Positions 17,177 to 24,648 of a stretch of DNA of 61,893 nucleotides are shown here, piece after piece. The stretch's first letter is position 1. Each line of letters starts with the position of its first letter. The stretch spans positions 1-61,893 of the forward strand of contig JBIOVQ010000087.1 of NCBI GenBank assembly GCA_044867805.1, in the 5' to 3' direction. Below the pieces are notes generated by a model. It was given only the letters and a program-made list of their open reading frames with translations. It made no database searches and had not been told where the DNA came from. The position numbers and the translations under genes were made by a program. The DNA is from Burkholderiales bacterium. GTDB taxonomy: Bacteria > Pseudomonadota > Gammaproteobacteria > Burkholderiales > SG8-41.

Positions 17177-17248
17177 GGGGTCGGACCCCGTTGAAAGAAG
17201 TGGGAGTTCAAAGAGTTAAAATCCCATTACCCATTACCCATCACCATC
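17177..17248 (+). repeat. conserved about 47-nt motif + heptamers, copy 2 (immediately upstream of aconitase)
   Basis: GGTCGGACCCCGTTGAAAGAAGTGGGAGTTCAAAGAGTTAAAATCCCA followed by TTACCCA TTACCCA TCACCAT. It ends 16 nt before ATG 17264. Confidence 0.7.
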
Positions 17249-17263
17249 AGTACAGGGGCTAAC

Positions 17264-19615
17264 ATGATCGCTATAGAATCCACTCCCGCAATGGCCGCGA
17301 AGGTTTACGCGACCATGGCAAAGAATCTCAAGGTGGCGCGCCGGCGCCTGGGCAAGCCGCTGACCCTCGCCGACAAGGTGCTGCTCGGGCACCTCGACGA
17401 CCCGGCAAAGCAGGAGCTGCAGCCCGGCAAGAGCTACCTTTTCCTGCGCCCGGACCGCGTCGTTTTCCAGGACGTGCTCGGCCAGACCGGCATGCTGCAG
17501 TTCATGCAGACCCGGCGCGACCACGTCGCGGTCCCGACCACGATCCACTGCGACCACCTGATCCAGGCGCGCGTCGAGGGCGAGCGGGACCTGCGCGAGT
17601 CGCTCGCGGAAAACACCGAGGTCTACGGCTTCCTGCGCTCCGCGGCCGCCAAGTTCGGCGCGGGCTTCTGGGGGCCGGGCGCGGGCATCATCCACCAGGT
17701 CGTGCTGGAGGAATACGCCTTCCCCGGCGAGCTCATCATCGGCACGGACTCGCACACGCCCAACGCCGGCGGGCTGGGCGCGTGCGCGGTCGGCGTTGGC
17801 GGCGCGGACGCGGTGGAGACCATCGCCGGGCTGCCGTGGGAAGTGCTGTATCCGAAGCACATCGCGGTCTACCTGACCGGGAAGATGAGCGGCTGGACGG
17901 CGCCCAAGGACGTGATCCTGTACGTCGCGGGCGCGCTCACCGTCTCCGGTGGCACCAACGCGATCGTCGAGTACATCGGCCCTGGCGCGCGCACCATCAG
18001 CGCGACGGGCAAGGCCACCATCACCAACATGGGCGCGGAGCTCGGCGCCACGACTTCGATGTTTCCCGCCGACGAGCACATGGCGAGATACCTGCGGGCG
18101 ACCGGCCGCGGCGCGCTCGTGCCGCTGATGGAGAAGAACATGGCGCTCCTCCAGCCGGATCCCGAGGTGGAGGCCGACCCGGAGAAGTACTACGACCGCG
18201 TCGTGCGCCTCGACCTGTCGAAGCTCGAGCCGCACGTCGTGGGCCCGCACTCGCCGGACCGCGCGCGGCCGATATCGAAGCTCGCTTCCGAGGTGCGCGA
18301 CCCGGGCAACAAGTTCCTCGAGCCGATCTCGAGCGCGCTCATCGGCAGCTGCACCAACTCCTCGTACGAGGACATGAGCCGCTCGGCGGACGTGGCGGAG
18401 CAGGCAAAAGCGCGCGGAGTGAAGGCGGCCGTGCCGTTCCTGGTGACGCCGGGCTCGGAGACGGTGCGCGCCACCATCGAGCGCGACGGCCAGATGCAGT
18501 CGCTCAAGGACATCAACGGCACCGTGCTGGCGAACGCGTGCGGCCCCTGTATCGGGCAGTGGCGCCGGGCCAAGGAGGTCTCGACGGTGCCGAACACCAT
18601 CGTCACCTCGTACAACCGCAACTTCCCGGCGCGCAATGACGGCTCGGCGACCACGATGAATTTCATCGCGAGCCCGGAGATCGTCACCGCGATGGCGCTC
18701 GCCGGCAAGCTGTCGTTCAACCCGCTGACCGATACCCTGACCGGCGCGGACGGCCGGCCGTTCAGGCTGAACCCCCCGAAGGTGGCGCCCGAAGTGCCCG
18801 CGAAGAGCTTCGACCGCGGCAAGGCGAGCTACATCGCGCCGCCGAAGGACGGCAGCCGCGTGGAGCTCAAGGTGGATCCCAACAGCGAGCGGCTGCAGCT
18901 GATGCAGCCGTGGCCGGCGTGGGACGGCAGGGATTTCCTCGATATGCCGGTGCTGCTGAAGACGAAAGGCAAGACTACGACCGACCACATCTCGCCGGCC
19001 GGCCCGTGGCTGCGCTTCCGCGGGCACCTCGACAAGTTCAGCGACAACATGTGCATGGGCGCGATCAACGCGTATACCGGCGCGGCCGGCAAGGTGAAGA
19101 ACGTGCTGACCGGAGCGGCGGGCGAGATGGTCTCGAAGGTCGCGCGCGACTACAAGGCGCAGGGCGTCAAGTGGGTGATCGTCGGCGATGCCAACTACGG
19201 GGAGGGCAGCAGCCGCGAGCACGCGGCGCTGTCGCCGCGCCTGCTGGGCGGCGTCGCGGTCATCGTGCGCAGCTTCGCGCGCATCCACGAATCGAACCTG
19301 AAGAAGCAGGGCCTGCTCGCGCTCACGTTCCAGAGTCCCGCCGACTACGACCGCATACGCGAGGACGACCGCGTGAGCCTCGTCGGCTTGCAGAATCTCG
19401 CGCCGGGAAAACCGGTCGAATGCCGCGTGAAGCACGCCGACGGCACGAACGAGACGTTGAAGCTCAACCACTCGTTCAGCGCGGCGCAGCTCGAATGGTT
19501 CCGCAAGGGGTCCGCCTTGAACCTGTTCCACAGCGCCGCCAAAAAGCCCGCGGGGAAGAAGAAGACTGCCGCCGCCCGCAAGCGGCCGGCGCGGAAAAAG
19601 AAGTCCAGGAAATGA
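17264..19615 (+). CDS. aconitate hydratase, mitochondrial-type, with Lys/Arg-rich C-terminal tail
   Basis: RPLTLADKVLLGHLDDP, LRPDRVVFQDVLGQTGMLQF, TIHCDHLI and GTDSHTPNAGGLGACAVGVGGADAVE closely follow the Aco2-type N-terminus and Fe-S ligand regions. The tail is AAKKPAGKKKTAAARKRPARKKKSRK. Confidence 0.92.
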   Translation: MIAIESTPAMAAKVYATMAKNLKVARRRLGKPLTLADKVLLGHLDDPAKQELQPGKSYLFLRPDRVVFQDVLGQTGMLQFMQTRRDHVAVPTTIHCDHLIQARVEGERDLRESLAENTEVYGFLRSAAAKFGAGFWGPGAGIIHQVVLEEYAFPGELIIGTDSHTPNAGGLGACAVGVGGADAVETIAGLPWEVLYPKHIAVYLTGKMSGWTAPKDVILYVAGALTVSGGTNAIVEYIGPGARTISATGKATITNMGAELGATTSMFPADEHMARYLRATGRGALVPLMEKNMALLQPDPEVEADPEKYYDRVVRLDLSKLEPHVVGPHSPDRARPISKLASEVRDPGNKFLEPISSALIGSCTNSSYEDMSRSADVAEQAKARGVKAAVPFLVTPGSETVRATIERDGQMQSLKDINGTVLANACGPCIGQWRRAKEVSTVPNTIVTSYNRNFPARNDGSATTMNFIASPEIVTAMALAGKLSFNPLTDTLTGADGRPFRLNPPKVAPEVPAKSFDRGKASYIAPPKDGSRVELKVDPNSERLQLMQPWPAWDGRDFLDMPVLLKTKGKTTTDHISPAGPWLRFRGHLDKFSDNMCMGAINAYTGAAGKVKNVLTGAAGEMVSKVARDYKAQGVKWVIVGDANYGEGSSREHAALSPRLLGGVAVIVRSFARIHESNLKKQGLLALTFQSPADYDRIREDDRVSLVGLQNLAPGKPVECRVKHADGTNETLKLNHSFSAAQLEWFRKGSALNLFHSAAKKPAGKKKTAAARKRPARKKKSRK

Positions 19616-19628
19616 GGTTACCTAATAG

Positions 19629-19701
19629 CCGTCAGCTGTCAGCCGCCAGTCGTCAGCCGCCAGTCGTCAGCCGTCAGCTGTCAGCCGTCAGTCAGCCGTC
19701 A
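19629..19701 (+). repeat. about 10 x heptamer array (CCGTCAG / CTGTCAG / CCGCCAG / TCGTCAG)
   Basis: Fills the aconitase-RidA spacer, with one 4-nt phase slip. Confidence 0.85.
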
Positions 19702-19714
19702 CACAGGAGACAGC

Positions 19715-20095
19715 ATGGCACGTGAAATCATCCGCCCCAGGGAAGGCACTCCTCCCAAGGCGCCCCTGTCTCCCGCGGTGAAGGTCGGCAACCTGGTCTT
19801 CGTCTCCGGCACGCCGGCTTTCTACGGCGATCGGCAGATCGCCAAGGGCGATTTCCCGGCGCAGATGCACCAGGTGATGAAAAACATGCAAACCGTGCTG
19901 ACGGCGGCCGGGAGCAGTTTCGACAAAGTGGCCAAGGTCAACGTCATCCTGGTGCGCAAGTCGGACTGGGAGGACATGAACCGGATCTACCGCGAGTATT
20001 TCAAGGAGGGCAACTTCCCGGCGCGCACGACGATCGTCTGCGACCTGGCGAACCCGGATTTCCTGCTCGAGATCGAGTGCGTTGCCGAGGCTTAA
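19715..20095 (+). CDS. RidA (YjgF/L-PSP) family protein
   Basis: 126 aa with VKVGNLVFVSG, KVNVILV and NFPARTTI motifs. Confidence 0.85.
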   Translation: MAREIIRPREGTPPKAPLSPAVKVGNLVFVSGTPAFYGDRQIAKGDFPAQMHQVMKNMQTVLTAAGSSFDKVAKVNVILVRKSDWEDMNRIYREYFKEGNFPARTTIVCDLANPDFLLEIECVAEA

Positions 20096-20138
20096 GATTA
20101 GTCGTCAGTCGTCAGTCATCAGTCATCACCCGAGGAAT

Positions 20139-20543
20139 ATGAAAGTGAAAGCAACCAATCTTCTTGCATCGATGTGTGTGCTTCTGCTGGGCGCTTGCAC
20201 TTCGGACGAAACCATTCGGGCAAAGGTAACCGAAGCGGCGGATACCGGCCGGCTGGCTGCCCAGGCGGTGGAGAATCACTTCAAGAAGCGCAGGCGTTAC
20301 CCGGCTCAACTCGAGGAAGCCTATGTCCGGCCGACACCGCTGAAGGAGATCCAGCTGATGAGCGTAGACCCCAAGACCGGGGTCGTCCGGGTTACGCTTT
20401 CTTTCCGCCCGTTGGAGGGGAAGTCTCTGCTCTTCGTGCCGACGAGAAAAGCCAAGACCTTCACGTGGCGTTGCACCAGCGAGGACATAGACCCGAAGTA
20501 CCTGCCGGCGGCGTGCGGGGGGAGCATGGGCAAAGGCAAGTGA
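20139..20543 (+). CDS. lipoprotein with type IV pilin-like C-terminal (disulfide loop) region
   Basis: ATG 20139 gives MKVKATNLLASMCVLLLGAC, which contains a lipobox. The C-terminus KTFTWRCTSEDIDPKYLPAACGG resembles the pilin W-x-C ... KYLP-x-x-C D-region. Confidence 0.6.
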   Translation: MKVKATNLLASMCVLLLGACTSDETIRAKVTEAADTGRLAAQAVENHFKKRRRYPAQLEEAYVRPTPLKEIQLMSVDPKTGVVRVTLSFRPLEGKSLLFVPTRKAKTFTWRCTSEDIDPKYLPAACGGSMGKGK

Positions 20544-20592
20544 AAGCTGTCAGTCGTCAGTCATCAGTCGTTCCTGAAAGGGGAGGTAGCCA

Positions 20593-20742
20593 ATGAAAAG
20601 AAACATCGGTGTGCTGCTGCTGGCCGTATGGCTCATCCTGACCGGGCTCATTCCGCTGATCAATTTGAGCTTCAACTACCTGGGCACGGGGATGGCCGTC
20701 CTCGCCATCGTGGCCGGCGTGTTGATTGCCATCGGCCGATAG
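20593..20742 (+). CDS. small (49 aa) two-TM membrane protein, hypothetical
   Basis: Strong RBS AAAGGGGAGG 6 nt before ATG 20593. Translation is MKRNIGVLLLAVWLILTGLIPLINLSFNYLGTGMAVLAIVAGVLIAIGR. Not in the ORF track because it is under 60 aa. Confidence 0.45.
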   Translation: MKRNIGVLLLAVWLILTGLIPLINLSFNYLGTGMAVLAIVAGVLIAIGR

Positions 20743-20897
20743 CTCGTCGCCCCCGTTCCACAAGGCAATCGCGTCATGGTCGAGACCGTGCTGTACGTGC
20801 GGCAATGAAGTAAGCAACAAGTCAGCTCACCGGCAAGCCTCATCAGGGCGAGTCGAATCACGAATCACGATTCACGAATCACGCTCTCGCGGGAAAC

Positions 20898-21362
20898 ATG
20901 ACACTCCTCCTGGCCTTCCTCATCGGGTTTCTGACGGGCCTGCGCTCGCTCACGCCGGCCGCGGCGACGGCGTGGGCGGCGCACCTGGGCTGGCTCAAGC
21001 TCCAGGGCTGGCTCGCCGACATCGGCTCGACGCCGGGCGTCGTGATCTTCACGTTATTGGCGCTCGCGGAGCTTGCCGCCGACAAGTCGCCCAGGATGCC
21101 GAACCGCACCTCGGGCCAGGGCCTTGCCGCGCGTATTTTCATGGGAGGACTGACGGGCACGTGCGTTGCCGCCGCCGGCGGCGAGAGCCTGGTGCTCGGC
21201 GCGATACTGGGCGGCTTCGGCGGTATTGGGGGATGCTTCGCGGGCTATCATGCACGCAGGCGGCTGGTGCAGGCCTGGGGCAAGCCGGATTACTACGTCG
21301 CCGTGGCGGAAGATCTGGTCGCCATCGGCGGCAGCGTGTGGATAGTCTCGCGATTCGCGTGA
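20898..21362 (+). CDS. DUF4126 family membrane protein
   Basis: LIGFLTGLRSLTPAAATAWAAHLGWL and LLALAELAADKSPRMPNR resemble the DUF4126 pattern. Confidence 0.7.
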   Translation: MTLLLAFLIGFLTGLRSLTPAAATAWAAHLGWLKLQGWLADIGSTPGVVIFTLLALAELAADKSPRMPNRTSGQGLAARIFMGGLTGTCVAAAGGESLVLGAILGGFGGIGGCFAGYHARRRLVQAWGKPDYYVAVAEDLVAIGGSVWIVSRFA

Positions 21363-21365
21363 CTA

Positions 21366-21530
21366 TAAGCACCAAAGGAAAGACAAGCACCAAATTACAA
21401 ATACCAAGCACCAAACAAGGTTTGTTTGAGATTTGGGATTTGAGATTTGCAATTTGTTTGGGATTTGGAGCTTGGAGTTTGAGATTTGTTTGAAAGTTGG
21501 GATTTGAGATTTGGAATTTGCCGTAAGTTG
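21366..21530. repeat. AT-rich heptamer-based long imperfect hairpin (AAGCACCAAA units vs GATTTGR/GCTTGGA units)
   Basis: The left half (3 x AAGCACCAA) is roughly complementary to the right-half heptamers (GAGATTT GGGATTT GAGATTT ... GGAGCTT). It has strikingly low GC for this window. Confidence 0.75.
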
Positions 21531-21538
21531 GAGGGGAC

Positions 21539-22525
21539 ATGAACACGATAGTCTTGTTTAAGCGCCTGATCTCTTTTTTCATCGCTGGCTTGGCGCTGCT
21601 CGGCACGGCGGCCGCGCAGGACTATCCGACGCGGCAGATCATCCTGATCGTGCCGTTCCCCGCCGGCGGCTCGACGGATATCCAGGCGCGGCTCCTCGCC
21701 GAGCCCATGCGGCAGGCGCTCGGCCAGCCGGTGCTCGTGCAGAACGTGCCGGGAGCGGGCTCGACTATCGGCGTGGGCCGCCTGGTGCAGTCGCCTCCGG
21801 ACGGATACACCCTGATCGTCGGCAACTGGACGAGCCACGTCGGCGCCGGCGCGGTCTATCCGGTCAAGTGGCATCCGCTGACCGACATGGAGCCGGTGTC
21901 GATTCTCAGCACGACGACGCTCATCTTCGTCGGGCGGACCGGCTTGCCGGTGAGCACCGGCAAGGAGCTCGTAGCCTGGCTCAAGGCCAACCCCGACCAG
22001 GCGACCGCGGCACACGTGGGCGCTGGCAGCGGCGCGCACATTTGCGGCATCTACTTCGAGCAGAAGACCGGCACCCGCTTCCGCTACGTGCCGTACAAGG
22101 GCGGAGCGCCCGCCATGGCGGACCTGCTCGCCAACCAGGTGGACCTGTTCTGCGGCGAAGCCTCGCAGATGCTGGGGCACTTCAAGGCTGGCAAGATCAA
22201 GCCCCTGGTGGTCATGTCGAAATCCCGCTGGCGGCCGCTGCCTGAGGTGCAGACCATGGAGGATACCGGCGCGTCGGATACCTACATTGCGTTCTGGCAG
22301 GGCATGTGGGCGCCCAAGGGAACGCCGCGGCCGATCGTGGCGAAGATCGCCGTCGCCGTCGCCAGGGCATTTGCCGATCCGGTCGTTATCAAGCGGCTGA
22401 CCGAGCTCGGCCAGGACCTCCCGTCACGCGACCAGATATCGCCGCAAGCCCTTGCCGCCTATCACAAGTCCGAGATCGACAAGTGGTGGCCCCTGATCAA
22501 GGGGGCGAGCATTAAAGTCGAGTAA
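21539..22525 (+). CDS. Bug family (TctC-like) substrate-binding protein
   Basis: Signal peptide followed by QDYPTRQIILIVPFPAGGSTDIQAR, then PYKGGAPA. Confidence 0.9.
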   Translation: MNTIVLFKRLISFFIAGLALLGTAAAQDYPTRQIILIVPFPAGGSTDIQARLLAEPMRQALGQPVLVQNVPGAGSTIGVGRLVQSPPDGYTLIVGNWTSHVGAGAVYPVKWHPLTDMEPVSILSTTTLIFVGRTGLPVSTGKELVAWLKANPDQATAAHVGAGSGAHICGIYFEQKTGTRFRYVPYKGGAPAMADLLANQVDLFCGEASQMLGHFKAGKIKPLVVMSKSRWRPLPEVQTMEDTGASDTYIAFWQGMWAPKGTPRPIVAKIAVAVARAFADPVVIKRLTELGQDLPSRDQISPQALAAYHKSEIDKWWPLIKGASIKVE

Positions 22526-22569
22526 GTCGGAAGTCGAAAGGATGGGAACAAAGGATGAAGGCGGAAGGA

Positions 22570-22758
22570 CAGGAACAAAGGATGAAGGCGGAAGGATGAA
22601 GGATGACCGTCACGCCATGCGTGACAACAGCAGTCCCGACCTCTCGTATTCCTTCGGTCGGAAGAGGGATTGCTGACCGGACGGGAGTGAAAGGTCAGGA
22701 CACCAGGATTCAAGCGCAGCTTGGGGTCATCCCTCATCCTTCATCCTTCATCCTTCGG
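22570..22758. repeat. about 185-bp structured repeat with GGATGAAGG / CCTTCATCC heptamer termini, copy 1
   Basis: GGATGAAGGCGGAAGGATGAAGGATGACC ... GTCCCGACCTCTCGT..CCTTCGGTCGGAAG ... GTGAAAGGTC ... AGCTTGGGGTCATCCCTCATCCTTCATCCTTCATCC. Homologous to 31488-31672. Confidence 0.75.
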
Positions 22759-22876
22759 GCACGGCCAGGGGTCATCCCTCATCCTTCATCCTTAAGCTTC
22801 ACCCCGGCTTGTCCGGCGCGGGAAGTGGCGTCAGAATTGACGATCATCGTTGAATTCCCACTGGAGGACTTGCGAC

Positions 22877-23386
22877 ATGGCAGCAAAGACAGCGAAAAAG
22901 GCCGCAGCCGCGCCGGCGACGGACGGCTTCGACCACACGTTCAAGGCGATCCACGACCACGAGGTGCCGTGGGAAAGCGACGACGTGCGCGGGATACTGA
23001 AGCTCCCGCCCGGCGTGCAGGTAAAGGTATTGAACTACGACCCGGTGATGAAGCGCTTGGACATGAAGCACCGCTTCCCGCCGGGATACGTCGAGCCCGC
23101 GCACTCCCACAAGAGCTGGCACTCGATCCTGGTCACCAAGGGCCGCATGTGCGTGGCGGGCAAGGACCTGCGGCCCGGCGACTACGTGTTCGGATGGGAC
23201 ATCCCGCACGGGCCGTACGAGTATCCCGACGGCTGCGAGGTGTTCATCGTCTACATGGGCGACCCGACGCACAACTGGGACAAGGCCGGCCTCCTCAAGC
23301 ACCAGAACGTCTGGCAGGCGGAGACCGAGGAGGGCAAGAAGGGCGTCGAGACGCACATACAGAAGCGCAAGGCCGGAAAAGTGTGA
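22877..23386 (+). CDS. cupin domain protein (ChrR-like cupin)
   Basis: FPPGYVEPAHSHKSWHSILVTKGRM and GDYVFGWDIPHGP resemble a cupin metal-site pattern. ATG 22877 (MAAKTAKK). Confidence 0.65.
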   Translation: MAAKTAKKAAAAPATDGFDHTFKAIHDHEVPWESDDVRGILKLPPGVQVKVLNYDPVMKRLDMKHRFPPGYVEPAHSHKSWHSILVTKGRMCVAGKDLRPGDYVFGWDIPHGPYEYPDGCEVFIVYMGDPTHNWDKAGLLKHQNVWQAETEEGKKGVETHIQKRKAGKV

Positions 23387-23431
23387 TACGGCGTGATTCG
23401 TGATTCGTGATTGGTGATTCGGATTCGCAAG

Positions 23432-23457
23432 AAAAACCCCGCCGCGGCGGGGTTTTT
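23432..23457. terminator. bidirectional intrinsic terminator
   Basis: AAAAA-CCCCGCCGCGGCGGGG-TTTTT is a perfect GC hairpin flanked by an A-run and a T-run. It sits between convergent genes ending at 23386 (+) and 23535 (-). Confidence 0.8.
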
Positions 23458-23471
23458 CTTGGGGGAGTCCC

Positions 23472-23540
23472 GCCCTATCGCGTCACGCATCATCGCGTCA
23501 CGCTCTACCGCGTCACGCTTCATCGTGTCACGCCTCATCT
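23472..23540. repeat. 4 x 15-nt tandem repeat (same CGCGTCACGC family)
   Basis: Same family and orientation as 3071-3132. It again lies immediately 3' of a minus-strand gene stop (23535). Confidence 0.85.
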
Positions 23541-24458
23541 GCCCAGCAGGGCGAAGACCTTTTCCCCGAAGCGCTTCCGTGCCTCGTCGTGCACGGGCTT
23601 GACGGCGCGGGCGAACGCGGCGCGCTCGTCCGCGGTCAGCTCGACGAATTCGCAGCGTTCGGCCTCGAGAGCCCTGCGCGCGGTCACCTCTTCCGCGACG
23701 GCGAGCTCCCGTTGCAGGGCGATGGCCTCGCGCGCGACGCGTTGAATCGCCGCCTGGAGCCGCTCCGGCCAGCCCTCGAATGCCGCCCGGCAGAGGTAGA
23801 GACCGCGCGACATGTAGCAATGGTTCGTGAGCGTCACGTGGCGGTGGACCTTGTGGCAGCCGTAAGTCACCGTGTTCGCGAACGGATTTTCCTGCGCGTC
23901 CACGGCGCCGGTCCGGACCATTTCCAGTCCTTCCTTGAGATCGCACGGGAACGGGATCGCGCCGAGCGCCTCGAAGGTCCGCGCGTGCATCTGGCTCGGC
24001 ATCAGGCGGATCTTCATGCGCGCCATGTCCGCCGGCGTCCGCACCGGCCGCAGGCGGTTCGTGACGTGGCGGTAGCCGTTCTCGAAGTAGCCGAGCACAT
24101 TGAAGGCGTAGCGCTCCTCGATCCTGCGGCTCAGGTAATCCCCCAGGGCGCCATCCATCGCGCTGCGCGCGTGCGCGAGGTCGCGAAACAGGAAGGGGAG
24201 GTCGGCGAATTCCAGCTCGGGCACCTTTTCGGTCAGGTAGCTGGTGGACTGGTAGGTGAGCGTCAGGATGCCCTGCTCGGTCATCCACAGCAGGTCGCCG
24301 CCCTGATATCCCAGGTCGAGGATGTTCCAGACGTACTTGATATCCACGCCGTCGCCGAACTCGGCCGCCAGGCGATCGCCGATCGCTTTCAGGCCGCGGC
24401 TGTGGCTCGTCGTCGGCGGGCCGTAGCCCCCCATGACGATCCGGATCGGTTGGCTCAT
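23535..24458 (-). CDS. TRAP-type (DctP family) solute-binding protein homologue without signal peptide
   Basis: MKIRLMPSQMHARTFEALGAIPFP, TGAVDAQENPFANT and HRHVTLTNHCYM follow the DctP pattern. The N-terminus MSQPIRIVMGGYGPPTTSH has no hydrophobic leader. Confidence 0.75.
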   Translation of the reverse strand: MSQPIRIVMGGYGPPTTSHSRGLKAIGDRLAAEFGDGVDIKYVWNILDLGYQGGDLLWMTEQGILTLTYQSTSYLTEKVPELEFADLPFLFRDLAHARSAMDGALGDYLSRRIEERYAFNVLGYFENGYRHVTNRLRPVRTPADMARMKIRLMPSQMHARTFEALGAIPFPCDLKEGLEMVRTGAVDAQENPFANTVTYGCHKVHRHVTLTNHCYMSRGLYLCRAAFEGWPERLQAAIQRVAREAIALQRELAVAEEVTARRALEAERCEFVELTADERAAFARAVKPVHDEARKRFGEKVFALLGR

Positions 24459-24528
24459 GCGGGTCGGAGCGGAAAGAGATTCGCGCCGATTATCCCAGAA
24501 CGGACGGGCGCCGGGAGTATCATCGGCA

Positions 24529-24610
24529 TTCCCGCGTAGGCGGGAACCCAGGTCATCGATTCGGCTTGCGGGTGGTTTCTGGACTCCCGCCTTCGCGGGA
24601 GTGACGATAG
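24529..24610. repeat. REP-like pair of short GC hairpins (TTCCCGCGTAGGCGGGAA ... CTCCCGCCTTCGCGGGAG-TGACGATA)
   Basis: A second copy of the unit lies at 30668-30760 (CGCGTAGGCGGGGACCCAG ... CCCGCCTTCGCGGGAATGACGATA). Confidence 0.7.
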
Positions 24611-24648
24611 TTTTTCAACAATCCATTTTTGTATCGTCAGGAGGAGAC

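Noticed and set aside
17234-19531. Very long ORFs antisense to or out of frame with well-supported genes. Examples: 1929-2948(-), 5191-6114(-), 12939-14171(-), 17234-19531(-), 31675-34131(-), 37252-39195(-), 39232-40983(-), 45303-47849(+), 49989-51470(+), 57923-60103(-), 60730-61785(-).
   Set aside because: Their translations are Arg/Ala/Pro/Gly/His-rich low complexity with no recognisable motifs. Each overlaps a gene with clear family signatures. Long stop-free antisense frames are expected in DNA this GC-rich.
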